DNA from: Lytechinus pictus
Lineage: Eukaryota
DNA: 64,000 bases
Reading direction: 5' to 3'
NCBI RefSeq assembly: GCF_037042905.1
Contig: NC_087252.1
Span: forward strand, 6,760,001 to 6,824,000
Shown here: positions 12,901 through 27,900 of the stretch, piece after piece
Layout of the letters: the number at the start of each line of letters is the position of its first letter
How positions within the stretch are numbered: the first letter of the stretch is position 1
Notes under the pieces: generated by a model
What the model was told of the DNA's origin: nothing
Databases searched by the model: none
Seen by the model: the letters and a program-made list of their open reading frames with translations, nothing else
Position numbers and translations under genes: made by a program

Positions 12901-15900
12901 GAAGTGGGGGGGGGGGTGGAGTGATGATTAAATATCACCTACAACGTATTCCGGTATTGACTGATCAAACCATCGCAAAAAAATTAAAGTGTAACATTAA
13001 AAGGGAGAAGATATAATTCGAATAATGTTACATTTGAGAAAAAGCCTGTCAGCCAAAAATGTCTACCCATATGTAAACCTGGCTGAAGTGACAACTTACC
13101 CGTTTGCATTTCCAGTAATCCTGATAACTCCGAATGCATTGTCTTTTGTCACTTCCGGTTGTGCCGTTGGAGTGCACGTGTGCGAGCCATCATCTGCCGT
13201 GCTATTAGTTATCAGATACACTGTTTCCCATCGCGGTCCAGGACTGTCCTCGCGGTACGCTAGAACATAGATCGAGAGTGCGCTGTCCGAGCTGCCAAAG
13301 CTTTCATGGTCTGGTTCCCAAGAAATAGTAAGAGAGTTGTCGGCCATATCCCAATTGAAAGAATCGGGGTCCCTTCTTGTTATGGTAGGCGTTACTTTCC
13401 TGCTTTCAACTAGGAATGATAACGGATGGTACCGTCAATGAGTTTTCCCGTTTGCCCTCTTAGCAACGTGGATATAAAGGGAAACATGTAGCACGATAGA
13501 AATATGGAATGCACAAATCTGATTTCTGGTATTTAAAAGTATTTCGCGTGTTTATTCTGATACTCACGAAGGGAATATATGGTTGAGGGTGAAGTAGCAA
13601 GTTCGTCACCGGCCTTTACCACTGCAATGGTCACCTCTCCGACGAGGAAGAAAGGGTCAGGGACGCAATAGGCCTCGTTGGTGTTAAGGACCGTCGCATT
13701 GACTTCCTGGATGATCTCACCACCATGGGAGAACACGCAGGTCTGGACTCGCCCTACCGCCCAGCATGGTCCATAGAGGTATATCCTTTCGCCTCCCATC
13801 ATACCGCAGCGGGCTGGGGTGATCGACAATTCTGAAAACGGTTTTAAAGACAATAGGGTTTTCATGTGTATATGTTACATAAATAACATTGGCTCACTAG
13901 CTGCAGCGGTTGTTTGTTACTGTCGACGAATGTGGTAGACCCTTATTCAAAATCAGTTGATTAACATTCGTTAAAATACATATTTGGACCATCACACACT
14001 TAAGTTGCAGACATTTTTTCTCGCATCACAATTTCTCACACACGCCTAATCATGAAATCTAATAATTCATGCACTTGCTATCACCGTCTTTGACGTCTTT
14101 TTCCCATAAAAGATAATTTCACTAGTCCCATCCCTTTTTCCAACTTTTCATTCTGATTTTGGTGAGACTCGACGTCGATGTCATCATTAATATTTTCTCA
14201 TCATCCCATTAGCGTTGTAATCATCACACGTACCATCATCAGTCTCGTTTCGTCTTCATCATCACTACCACATCTACCAAAGTGATCTAAGTCTTCTTCA
14301 CAATCATTATCTTTTAAATGTAAGTAACGGCAGTCTTGACAACAGTCTTCTTTCTCCCATTTTTCCTCCTAATCATCGCTATGAACAGCAACGCCACCCA
14401 TTTATACGATAATGTCCCTCCGTTATTACCTGCTCCAGGTCCAGTTTTGCAGACTGGATCAATGATTGAACTGCTGTCTACCTTGTATGCGTAGACTCCA
14501 TCGACGTCTACGTTGCTGTCAGTAGGCAATTCCCGTAATGTATCTTGATCGTAGTCAAAAACTTCGGAAATCTCACCGTCTGACATCAGAAACCCAACCT
14601 GATGGATAAAACAATGACATTTCCAAATTGTTTCTCAATCTTATATGCGCCAATGTCCCAAACAGTACAGCTCACAAGTCCGCGCCTTCCCGAAACACTC
14701 AGCGGGGACTTTGCTTGCATTCGTTACCCTGATTGCTTCAGGACTGTTTAAAGGACATGCCCACCCAACAAAAAGTTGATTTGAATAAAAAGAGAAAAAT
14801 CCTACAACCATAACACTGAAAATTTCATCAAAATCGGATATAAAATAATAAAGTTGTGACATTTTACATTCTCGCTTTATTTCACAAAATAGTTATATGT
14901 ACATCCTGGTCAGTATTCCGATGAGGAGACTGATGATGTCATCCACTCACTATTTGTTTTGTATTTTATTATATGAAATATTCTCATTTTCTCCTCATTG
15001 TCAAGTGAAACAACGATTATTTCCTCCCTGAACATGTGTAATTATCATTGTTTAATACTATATGGTTCAGTCATGTTGGCCCTTATTGACAAATCCGTAA
15101 AAAATGAAATGTTTAATTGAAACAATAAAAAACAAAAGAAATAGTGAGCGAGGGACATCATCAACTGTCTCATTTACATGCCACTGAATTGTGCATAACA
15201 CTGTTTTGTGAAAAATAAGCGAAACTTTAAAATGTCATAACTTTCTTATTTTACATCCGATTTTGATGAAATTTTCGGCGTTATGCTAGTTAGATTCTAT
15301 TTATTCAAATCAAGATTTTTCTGGGGTGGACTTGACCTTTGAGGTAAACGCTGTAATTTTCTGGAAATTTAGTTTCCCTGATGGCGAATTCTTTAGAACA
15401 GCAAGGGCAGGATATCCAATGTGTCAAAAAGGGTTACACTTCGTAATTCCGAAGCTTCGTAATTCCGAAGGTTCGTAATTCCGAAACACGTAAATTGCCT
15501 ATACCTCGATGTTCGTTAATCCGAAAACGAAAAAGGGTTCGTTAATCCGAACATTTGTGGCGTTATTCCGACGGTTCGTTATTCCGAAGGTTCGATAATC
15601 CGAAAACGAAATAAGGTTCGTTGTTCCGAAGGTTCGATAATCCGAAAACGAAATAAGGTTCGTTGTTCCGAAGGTTCGTTAATCCGAAAACGAAATAAGG
15701 TTCGTTGTTCCGAAGGTTCGTTAATCCGAAAACGAAATAAGGTTCGTTTTTCCGAAGGTTCGTTAATCCGAAAACGAAATAAGGTTCGTTAATCCGAAAA
15801 CAAAATAAGGTTCGTTTTTCCGAAGGTTCATTAATCCGAAAACGAAATAAGGTTCATTGTTCCGAAGGTTCGTTAATCCGAAAACGAAATAAGGTTCGTT

Positions 15901-18900
15901 AATCCGAAAACAAAATAAGGTTCGTTAATCCGAAAAATGAAAACCGGGAAGCAGAGGCAGAGGCAAGGGGGGGGCGGGGGACACTGTTGCCGTTAAATTG
16001 TTATGAGGATGGGAAGGCAAGGGCGGCCGAACGAATTTTCATTCGGGGGGTAAAGCCAAAAAATGAAACACATACGTCAAAATGGGCACTTTGGTGATAT
16101 TTTCACCTTAAGATTATTATCTGCTTGAAGTCATTGTGTGTTTGGTAGTGATTAAGTAGAGAAAAACTTTTTTGAAGTGACTTCTAATTATGAAAAAATG
16201 TATACTTAGGCTTTATTTTTCGGGAGAGAGTATAATGGGCGAGCGGCTTGGTAAAAAAAAAATTAAAGGTGAAGTTGTAAAACTCGTTTTGGGGGTCAAT
16301 TATTCTTAAAATGGCATTATTGCGAGGTGTTGCGAGCGTGAATCACAGGCTAAAACGTAAGGGTATTTCAAGAAAAAAATGAAAATAAGTTTTTTAAAAT
16401 CCGAGCAGATTTCTGCTGTCATTAAAAAGATGTGCATCTAACTATATAATTAACACGAGCGCAAAACGCGAGCTTAAACATACTGACCAGAAAAGGAACC
16501 TGTTAAAGAAAGCATTTAGTGACCTCTTTAGGATACATATTTCTCCAATCGAATAATTGAGAGTGCGAAGCGCAAGCTGAAAATTTGCAATATTCCAGCC
16601 TGAAAACTTAACATGTATACTTTAAAAAGAGTATTATATTTCGAAAGACATGAAAAACAGCATATTTATTTTTGAAAAAGGAACTTTCCCATTTTGGAAA
16701 AATATGAATTTCCCTGTTTTTTATTTCATTTTTGGGGTGCAAGTGCCCCCTGCCTCCCTCCCAGCGGATCCAACTTTTGTCAAATATGGGGGGGGGGCAA
16801 ATTTTTTTCAGCCATATTTTCCTCGATCGGCAGCTTAAAGTTGATTTTTGTTTGTTTCTTTGAAAGGGTAGTCCTAACAGTCAATAATTAGCTTTATACT
16901 TTATATAAAATAAAGTAAATATGTAATAACATGATAAACCCTTTTTAAATAATGCGAGCGCGAGCTATATATTTTTTTTTAATATGATGGGCAATATGTT
17001 TGTGATCTTCAAAACGAGGTGCCTATGTAACTAGATAATAACTGCTAGCAAGAAGCGCGAACAGACATTTTAAATATAAGCTCTGACCTGATCTAAAGAG
17101 GACATTTTAAGAACTTTTTGCAGTTAGCCATGAAGACGATGCGTGTTTCAACAAGTGGCGGCGGAACGTATTTTCCTCTTTTTTTTTGGGGGGGGGGGGC
17201 AAAGCCAAAAAAGGGGCCAATAGGGGCATTTTGGTGCAAACGGATATTTTCGCCATAAGATTATTATCTGTGTAAAGAGGTTGTGTGTTTTGTAGTAATT
17301 AAGTTAAGCAAAATTTTTAAAGTGATCTCTGATTGATAAGTTATATATTTACGTTTCATTTCTGCGAGCGTAGCGAGCAAGCGGTTTGGGGGAAAAAACA
17401 AATTTGAAAATGTAAAATTCACCTTTTTGGTCAATTACTGTTAAAAGGGCATCCTTGTGAGATGGTGCGAGCGGATCACGTGCTCAAACTTTTTGAAATT
17501 TCATGTAGGCCTAAAATGATAATAATGATAATAATGATATGGATATTATTTACCCAGGGAAGCCACTTCAGTTCTGAAAACTGTTCTCCCAGCTATTATT
17601 ATTATCCCGGCTTTAGCTGGGCTGCCTAGGCGCCCAAAGGAAGGCATTAACGAATTTCTACCGGGTACCCATTCACCTCACCTGGGTTGAGTGCAGCACA
17701 GTGTGAATAAATTTCTTGCTGAATGAAATAATGCCATGACTTGGATTCGAACCTACGACCCTCTGCCTTAAAGTCAGAATACTTATCCACTGGGCCAAAA
17801 CGCCCCACATAAAAAGTAAACGTTCCGATTTTATTTCGTAATCATGAAAAAAGGATGTGAATTTAACTAAAGAATCAAACGCGAGCGCGAAGCGTGAGCT
17901 GAGATTTTTCATATACTGACCAGGAAAGGAACCTTTTGCATTTGGTGACTCATGAATGGGATATGTGCTAGGCCTACATATCTCACCAATCGATTAATGC
18001 AAGCGCGAAGCTCGAGCTGAAAGTTTGTGATATTATATCCATGAAACTGGACATTTTATTATTACCAGGATCAGAATGACTACCTTAATAAGCAATAATT
18101 AGTGCGAGCGCAAAACGCGAACCAAAAATGTGTGATATTCCAACCTTAAAAGTGGACATTCTATGCATGTTTTGTTACCAAGAACTGGACGAATACCTTA
18201 TACCAAATAAAAACTGATGAGGAGCGAGCTTTTTTTTTTTTTTTTTTTTGAAATTTCATGATGGTCATTAACAAGACGCGTATGGAACTAATTACTTCGA
18301 GCGAAAAATGCGAGCTAAAAATTTTTATGAACTGTCATAAAGAGGGATTTTAAATAGTTTGTAAAAATTCATATAGAAGTCGTCCTTTACATGCTAATGA
18401 AAATGCGCGTAGTGCCAGTTAAAAAGTTTTGACGATCAGACTTGAAAAGGAATGTTTTGAGAACTTCATGGAATACATGAATAGAATAAATACTTCAAAG
18501 AATAAATAATGGAAGAATCGATTCGTTGTAGATAGTTTCCCCGTAGTAAATGCGAAAACTCTTTGTAATCTCATAGGGCACAGCTTTTTGAATGTCGAAC
18601 TTGTGGTAAAGCGCCAACCTCATGAAAATTAAGTCAGAATGCCAGCGTGTTCGAAAAAATACCCATTTCTACATCCCTCGAACTGCCAATTCTCTCTATA
18701 AATTGTCAGGGGGTGGTAAAGTGGCACCCAAATAGGAATCTCGCAGTGTGAAATTTTAAGGATGCAGAATTTTCCACTTTTTCTTTTGTGAACGATATTA
18801 AAGTTTAACTCGTTATAATCATACGACCGTTGATTACGACGAAAACGACGATGATGACTACGACGATGTCGAAATTAATCATAAAAATGATAATTATGTT

Positions 18901-21900
18901 TCTGTTTATGGTAACCCCTGTAGGAACTCGATAGGACATTTTTTTTTGCTGGTAAACGCCAAGCTGGTATATAACCAATTACGTAAGAAAAATTTTACGT
19001 CTAGGTTAATCAGTCATAGTGGCTGAAGTTATAGACGACATATATTACTCTCGGGTATTTTTTTTATCAAAGTGGAGACAATGGCAGAGTGTGGATTCTA
19101 ACTGACAACCTTGCGATTATGAGTCCAATTCTCTAGCCACTGGACCACCCTTAAAAGTTTACTTTCTGAAGCCTGTTGCATAAAACTTTTTACCTGATAA
19201 AACTCTGGTAAAAACTGAAAACTAAGGTTAGTCTGATTTCCGCCATTGACTTTAGCACAGGGCAAAAACTCCGGTAAAAACAATCTGAGTTTTCTCAGGT
19301 AAAAAGTTTTATGCAACGGGCCCCAGGTCAGTATATAAACAAATTACAGCTCGCGCTTCGCACTTGCGTTAATTCTTTAGTAAGATACACATGTTTCTCA
19401 CGATTACAAAAAATGCTCAGAATGTTTAAGTTAAGGCTTGTTACATGAAATGTCTACTAGTTTGAGCTTGCGATTCGCGCTTTCAACATCTCACAAGGAT
19501 CATTATTAGTATTATTTTTATTTTTATTACCAGCAGAAGCTGTTATTAAAAATGACATCCCCTCCAATACAAATCCTACTATCTGGAGGTTACTCGCACG
19601 CGACCAACCAACATAATCCCCTGCATCCTTAAACCATTTGCTAAAGGCAGCAATTGCTCAGATAAAATCGAAATTAGCCTATGCTTGATCCGGGCGCCTA
19701 ATATTCTTAATGAAATACATGCTTTTGGCCACAACACACGCATGTATCATCGATCGTTATTACTATCATTGCATAATATCGTGTTATCTTTAATGACAAC
19801 ACCGTGTTTGTTACCAAAATGAATAATTTTCATTTTCGGAAATACGAACCTTATTTAATTTTCGGATTAACGAACCGTATTTCGTTTTCGGATTAACGAA
19901 CCGTATTTCGTTTTCGGATTAACGAACCTTCGGAATTACGAACCTAATTTCGTTTTCGGATTAACGAACCTTCGGAATTACGAACCTTATTTCGTTGTCG
20001 GATTAACGAACCTAGGGAATTACGAACCTTCGGAATTACGAACCTTCGGATATACGAACCTTCGGAATAACCGAACCTTCGGAATTACGAAGCTTCGGAA
20101 TTACGAATGTATGCGGTCAGAAAGTCACTAAACGTCCGAACTTTTGTCGAGACAAATACTTTGATGGGGACATTTTTGTGTTATCGAATACCAGAGAGAG
20201 TCTTTTTAGGAATGGCAAAGGAAGCGTACAGGCTCTTTCATGGGATAGGACGCCCTGGAATTCAAATCAATTATGCGGCTGGTAACGCTGGTTACGCCGT
20301 GCATCGCCCTAGCAAATGCTTTTACTGTAACGTGTAAATTTTATTTCTTAGTTCTTTCATTGCGACACTCAGGCGGGTGGTCTCGGGTAAAGGCATGATT
20401 ATACGTCGGGCCGCAACGGCTGGGAAATGCACAAGTGTTCAATAGATTATAAGATCGAAAGTGGAAACAAATAAATAAAAGTTTGGAGGACTAAAAATCA
20501 CTGCATTTTAATTTTCATTTTATTGAAAGAAAACTACCTGACCCCATGCATGATTTACGAGTAAATATGAATAAAGTAACTTTGTTTGTGAAATCATGTG
20601 CAATTATTACTAGGCGACATGGTTGATTACAAGTCTCCATCTAATTCACCGTGACCATAATGTTTGGGAGGTTTCTCAATAGTACCGGATCCACTTACCT
20701 ATAATAGATAAAAAGCAAACAGTGCAATGGCCATTGGCCGCTACTGATGATTTATATCTAGTTGTTGATAAATTGACATGCTGATTTTTGAATAGTACTT
20801 ACTATTGCAATGCCGATTTTGGAAGAACCGAAAAGGCCAGTATTGTCGTCCCCTTGCATCAATGACCCAACTACCCAGTTGATGGTTTCATAGTTGAGAA
20901 AAACGAACGACTCTTGACCATCGTGGATAAGCGCTGCCTGGAAAGTATTCATCTTTTTGTGGAATAACGGGATAAAGAAATACAAAGAATGAAATATACA
21001 TGAATCGATAACCACATTCTTATTTCATTACAGAACTATTTGGTTTAATAATATGTTTTATTCAATCACGTGAAATGATAGAATAACGAGCAAGTGTTTT
21101 CGGTATGCAGTTACAGAAATCATAAATATTCTTACTGTTAGTTCGAGTTATTGAATCATTGAACGCATAAAATGCATAAAAAGAAAACGTTCTAAGGAAT
21201 TCCCTATTCCAGAAGTCACTGACATGTTATATTGATAAAGTATTATAACAAGAGTATAATTAATTTCACAAACTATTCTTATACAAATTATGCACATTTA
21301 TGAGCATGATGGTTGATTTTTTTTTTTTCGATTCAGCGCAATCGAGGATATGTACAATACGCAACAAGCACCAGGGTGTTTCTTTTTTCAAGAATTGTTT
21401 CTTTCCTAAAAGGAAACTTACAGGGTCTTGGTCACCAGCTTGGTTGTAAAATGAGACTTGGTCCCATGTGACGACAATAACTACTTGAGCTTGAAAGTTG
21501 ACATTGCTCCGGAAGTAATTACGGACGTCTGTCGTAGCTTGATCGAGGGTTGACGTAGTGGTTGAAACGCGATAATATATGTTTCCACCGTCACTAGATA
21601 TGTCAACGTCTGCCCAAAATGGAAATATTCCGTCAGGGTCCTCGACAACACCGTCCTCGTCCTTTTTTTTACAAGGGATAAAGACACACACGCACACACA
21701 TTTACTTTTTTCTGTGAAACGTGGTATATATCATTGAATTGATTTAATATTTTTATTTATTTATTTATTCCATTTATTCGATTTAAAACATAAATACGTG
21801 GTACAAAGCTCAAAGAACAAAAATGAACATGTTAAAAAATATATATCCCAAAGTTGATAAAATATGATAAAGCAAATAGGCGGCAACAAAATATATGGTC

Positions 21901-24900
21901 CTTAGAGGTAGCCGTTATGACAAGGTATTTATCCAAATGAACATGTTTACCAAAAAATATATACAGAAGATTACAAAATATGATAGAAGGAAATAGGTGG
22001 CAACAAAATATAATTCTAAGAGGTATTCAATTCTGGTTTAAACTCTTTGTGATAACCTACACTTGATTGGCTTTAACATATCTATAAAGTAAAGTTTGCA
22101 ACACGTCCACGAAATCTTAGAGTGAATTTCTTGTTCCTGCTGGTTTTGGTTCGGTTGAACGCGGATACGAACCAGGAGCCTCAATAGCGCAACTTAAGTC
22201 ATCAACTACTCGAATAGGACCATATACACTGATATAGGCTCGTAATGCATGATGCAACATTCCGAGTGGTGTAGTATTGTAAAAGACCAAATTAATGATA
22301 ATTTCTCTTTGTTAATCTATACAAATTAAATTAAACAGTTTATTTTCTGTGATGCCTCACAGGGTATAGTTCAAGACTAGTCATTTATAACACGAAGTCT
22401 ACAAGATACTTCTCAGTGATTCTTTTTCTTTAGATTTGCTACTCTTCAAGATTTCATTTCATTCTGGGATATTCTCTAAAATGGAAAGCATATTTAGTTT
22501 ATAATGAAGGATAAACTTACTGCATCGTAGTAAATTGGTAAATTCCTATTTTTAGATATGGTAGACTCCACGTAAATTGCATCCTCAAACGAGATTACCC
22601 CATTGTCCCCTATCTATTGAAGAGCAATGTCACAACAATACAAACGTGCAAAAAAGAAGATTAGTTAGGAAATATTTAAGAATCAATATTATCATTATTA
22701 TTTTTTTTTTGGTTGGGGGGGTGGGTCGATGAATGGAAGCATACAAAGAAACTAAGTTTCGAAAGGCTTTCAGAAAAAATACATACACATGCAAACAATG
22801 GAAAATACAATATGTCAGAACAATAGAAAACTATGCAATATAAACTTGATAACTTTCTGCAATAATACCTCTTAAAATTAATAATTTATGAGTATAATTA
22901 TCTTTGTCTGCGTTCTGCTATACCCCCATTTAGTATTCGGTACATAATCATAATATTTACATTTTGAAATCAGTGATCGTTGAATCTTGAATGAAGCCCA
23001 ATATTAATGCTAAAAATAAATACTTGGAAAAAATACTGTTTTTCCTCTTAAAAGGAGTAAATCGATCAAGATGCCTTAATTGCGGGTATTTACGTTTTGA
23101 AGAAAAATTAATAATAATAATAAATACAATATCAACTTTCTTCAAAATTTGTAAATAAGTACGACAAAAATAATAACATTTATAGGGAGCTTTGTGATGG
23201 TGTTTTAAAGCGCACAGATAAATGGCTGACAAATAAACAATTAATCCATTAATAAAAAAAAATCAAGAATAAAAATGGTGCACAAAGATTTTGAATAAAC
23301 AACATCATTGTATCGTGTTCTTTCTGCTCACTTGAACTTTACTGATACTTTGCGACCCGAATAAGCTTACTTACGTATACTACATTATGGTATTTCCCAC
23401 CAAAAGGGAAAGCTCTATCTAATGTCACGCGTTCGGCAAAATCGTTTTCTTTTCTGAGAGCGGTGTCGCCATTTCCTGTTCCAAATGGGTATACTAATAT
23501 GGAAGAAAAAAATATGATAATTGTAAATAAAATATTTCAGTTGTCAACATGTTAAGGGTTAGAAGGGAAATAGGAAATTTGAAATTGGTGATTAAACTTT
23601 TTGACATACAAAATGCATTGTTTTGATGTGTTGAATATCGTGAATTTCACTGATGTTCAGATTTAAGCACCAATAAAAGAATGAGAAAACAGAGAAAATG
23701 AAGGTTAAAGAGTGAAACATTGTATTATTTTCTAATTATGCCAAAATCTATTCCAAGATAATATGCTTACATGCATGAAAAGGGTCAAAATATTTGATCG
23801 CTCGCTTCGCTCGCTATCATCTTTTTAACACCTTTTGGTCCATCCGCCAAATCAGGTGGGTGTTTCATAAAGCTGTTCGTAAAGTTCCGCGCTATTTTAC
23901 GAAGGACTGAAACAAGTTCTTAGGTCAGCTATATAGCGACATACCAGTCAGCACAAGAAAGGGTAACCAGTACATCTATTTGTAACTTTGTAACTTCAGA
24001 ACAGCTTTATGAAATACTGACTCAGCCCTTAGAGTTTTTGACTCATTATTTGCACTGCATAATAATATATGAGTCAATTCCAAGACGGCTGCATTCAAAA
24101 GCAGTAATTTAACAACACATATTCTCAGTCAAATCAAGGTCAAAGGGAATTCGTCTCGGGAGTCCATTAAGCTGGGTTCACATAGAGGTATACTATTCGG
24201 GTATACGGTGCACGTTTTCGAGGGCACGCGAATAGCTTGAATCGAACAATAGGATTTCCTAATACCGGGTCACATGAGAGGGCACTATACGAAAATGCCG
24301 TATAGCTGCGTATAGTATAGTATAGTGGGAATCGTACTTGTTCGATTTTCGTGCAGCGTATACAGACGTGGCAGGTGGTGTTCTGAATTTCCCTATAATA
24401 TATATTGTGTGCGTTGGTTAAATGAGGTAAGTTCAAATGAAATGATTTCTTGGTACTCATTTTATTGGAATTTCCTAGCACATGCCGTCATATTTAAGTT
24501 ATCCAGCACTTCAGAGTTTATCTCATGCACATGCTGTATGATTTATGTGGGCTCTGCATTTTTCGTTCTGTCTTTTTTTACCTTGAAATGACTGAAGATA
24601 CAAGGTCAAAAAATGTCCGCAGCGAAGGCTACTTGAGCTATGTTGTTGTGTATCGCTGAGTCATGTTTAATTAATTACTTAATTATTCTTATAATAAGTC
24701 GATAATAATGTGGAAATAGATTTCATTCAAGAAAATATTGTTTATAAAATGATTTATTTATTATTTCACTTTTGCTATGATTTCACAGAGCTGGGATGGG
24801 GGAGTAGAATCAAGCTCCCCCCCTAAAAATGACGTCATCAAAGCAAAAATAGGAATGATTGATAAAATCAATTAGGCTGATATAGGTTTGAAATCTTAAA

Positions 24901-27900
24901 ATATAAATTTGGAAACATAACTACAGTATAACTACAGTATTTCCAATAACATTCCTCAACCCCCCCCCCCCCCTCCCCAAAAATAAAATTTTAGTTTTTA
25001 GTGTGTAAAATCATATGGCTCAAATAAGCCCATCTCGACGGACTGGCTGAACTAACCCCATTAAAAAAAATTATTAAAAGTTGTATTAAATAGAAGTTTA
25101 ATAATTTGCAGAGGTGACTTCTCTGCTTGAAGTTAGTCCAAAACAAGCTTATTTTCAAATCTTAGTAAGTTATGTAGAAAAAATATGATTTCGTTTTTTT
25201 TTTTTTTTTTCACAAATTAACTTAAGCTAGGAAAAAATGTGTTTGTCATATTTATAAGTCCTGGGCCCCGTTGCATAAAACTTTTGCCAGATTTTTTTTA
25301 CGCTTTTACATAACTTTCACTGCGCCATTATTATGAAAAATAGGATGAGAAAGTTCGTAAATTGAAACCGTAAATGTGATACGAATTCCTGAAGTATATA
25401 GCTTCTCTTAACTTCTTGTCCGACGGGGGCAATGTATTATCACCGTTGCCAATTGAATAAAATCAAACCATTATGAAACGACAGTTATTGGATATGAACA
25501 CATCATAAACGGTCATGATAGTATCCTTATGCGGTATAATTTATAATTTATACAATAATCCCGCTACATTGTACAATTAGTAGGGGGACACAGTATCAAA
25601 TGTCCCCCTACTATTTTTTCGGTCTTTCATGATGGAAAGAAAGAAATTGAAATAAAACATGTATTTTGGACGAGATGGCCTTACTTACTGGCTGATATCC
25701 CCCTTTTTGTTTTTGGCTTGTCACATTTATTTTGGTCGAAATTACCTTACATTTGGGGTGATAGCCTTTTCTTGCTTGTCAAATTTTCCAGCCCCTGGTC
25801 CCCCTACATTTGGAGAAAGATTTCCGCCCTTGAGTACGTGGGCCGTATATGAATTTAATTTTGAAGTGTTCTCATAATTATATCGACAAGACAGCTGTCT
25901 CAGAGTCACAACCGCTGCAGCTTATCAACGCACGGGGATCACTATGCCTAAACTTGGTACACTTACTTTCTAAAAAATATATTATCTAGAAGATAAGATA
26001 TTACACCGTGTAATACTAAAATATCAGATTTCATATTTTCAAGCATAATTGAGAAGGTTCGTAGGTGTATAAGTATGGGACCCCAAAACCCCAAGTGATA
26101 AAAGTCGCCATCATGTAAGGTTTTGTCTAATTAGTCAAAATAGTTATAAATCAATCGAAATTCGAAATAATGAGATTGTAATCTGAATAAGGTAACCCCT
26201 TTTTCCATGATGTCACATTGAAATGTGGATTAGAATGTCTAGAAAGAAGACGAAAAAATCTTTGTATGGAGTTTACTAAATCTTTTTTAAAGTTGAATTA
26301 AGAAGGGGGTGAGTTTCCATAAATACGGGTTCCACACACAAAATATAGTATATACCAGTTGTTCAAACAGATAGCATGTCCCCAAAATCATCTGCCTTCT
26401 CGATATTTTGCTTTGAAAGTCTATGAAATTAGCCACCTGTCAGAGCCCGAGAGATGAGTGGACAGAAAAATCACTCTGAGTGTGACATCACCGAGGGGAA
26501 TTTAGTAAAAGAGTTGCCCGGGTGTAATACAGAAATGCTATGCAGACAGATAAAGATGACTTTACAATTTGTTTTCAAAGCAACTCAAATCAAACAAATA
26601 GGAATCATATGTACAAATCTTTACTTTCCCTGTAAAAATAAAAACAGTATGAATAACTATCATGAACTCTTAAATCATGATGTAAGATTGCAAACAGTGA
26701 GTTATTGAATGATATTTTCACTATTTCTCATTTATTGTATCACGATGTTCCATCAAGTGAGTTGCTGGAAAGTAATTCCGGCGGCTGGCTCAGCTCTGCG
26801 CGCGCTGCACGCCTATACAATACACACAACACCCAAGCATTGAGTGTACTGTTAGTGGTCTGGTATGTCGACTCATGACCGTGCAGCGATCCCCTGGCGT
26901 TTTTTCTTCTTTTATTTTGTCTTTGACTCCATTTTTATATCCTCTGGATCATTTCCACTCATGGCTCATTCCACAAAACAATCTTGAACCGAGTTGTTTT
27001 CTATATTTAATTACGCTAGAGGTCACCGTCACACATACAAACGCAATTCGCAAGTGAGTTGAAGACAGCTGCGCCAGAGCGGGCGGCCGGTCGGCACAAA
27101 GCAATTCCGCAACCAACTGTGTTTTTTGCAAGAGCCGCGTCACACGCGGATAAATATGTCATAATAACACATCTGCTACATTTTCGACTGGTGAGAAGAT
27201 CTCGATCAAATTTCATATTATTCGCTTTGAAATTATTCCTTTAGGGTCTATGGTATCATTCTTAGGGAATTTACATATTTGGAATAATATTACGGCCATA
27301 AATATACTTTTAATCATTTCCTCTTTGCAAGTTCTCCGGCTCGCAGATACAACTTCAATCAGTGGCGTAACTACGGGGGGGCATGGGGGGGCACGTGCCC
27401 CCCCCCCCCAATCGGCTGGCAAAAAAAAAAAAAAAAAAAAACGGGAGAAAAGGGAGAAAAAGAGGGAGAAGAAAGAAACGTAGGGGGAAAGAAGAATTTA
27501 TTGTACATTATAATGTTATAATATATTATATGTTGTGTTATATTACATAAGAATTATTTTTTTTTCATAACTTTATGAAACATAATGTGCTCAGGGCCTA
27601 TTTGTTCATTATTCCTGGTACTAGCATTGTCTGTTTAACGAGATATACTTGTACAATCATGTTGTACCAAAACGTCCTGTTTTCAAGTCAATATGCACCA
27701 AATATATACACAACAAAAAAAGTAAGTCCCCCCTTAAACAAACATCAATAATTTCCGAACCAATGCGAGTTTTTAATATATTTTTACATGAGCGTGTAGG
27801 TAATTTTATAAGCTACCCTCTGAGTAAAGGTTATGGACGTATTTCACTTCATGCTTCAGTGAGCACCGTCAGAAGGCAAAAATGTCACTTTTCAAAAGTC

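Larger units (their letters stand above)
15432..20115. mobile_element. 4.7-kb foldback/Mutator-like non-autonomous element with tandem-repeat TIRs
   Basis: Left arm 15432-~15940 (ttcgtaattccgaagg and ccgaaaacgaaataaggttcg arrays) is the reverse complement of the right arm ~19830-20115. Flanks gtcaaaaag (15423-15431) and gtcagaaag (20116-20124) form a 9-bp TSD with one mismatch. Confidence 0.8.

Noticed and set aside
15432..15940. CRISPR-like regular repeats
   Set aside because: The units are directly tandem without spacers and are mirrored at 19830-20115, so they are transposon TIR subrepeats.
19082..19150. Functional tRNA-Met gene
   Set aside because: The acceptor stem is incomplete, the T-loop is mutated (GTTAGA), and it lies inside a composite repeat.
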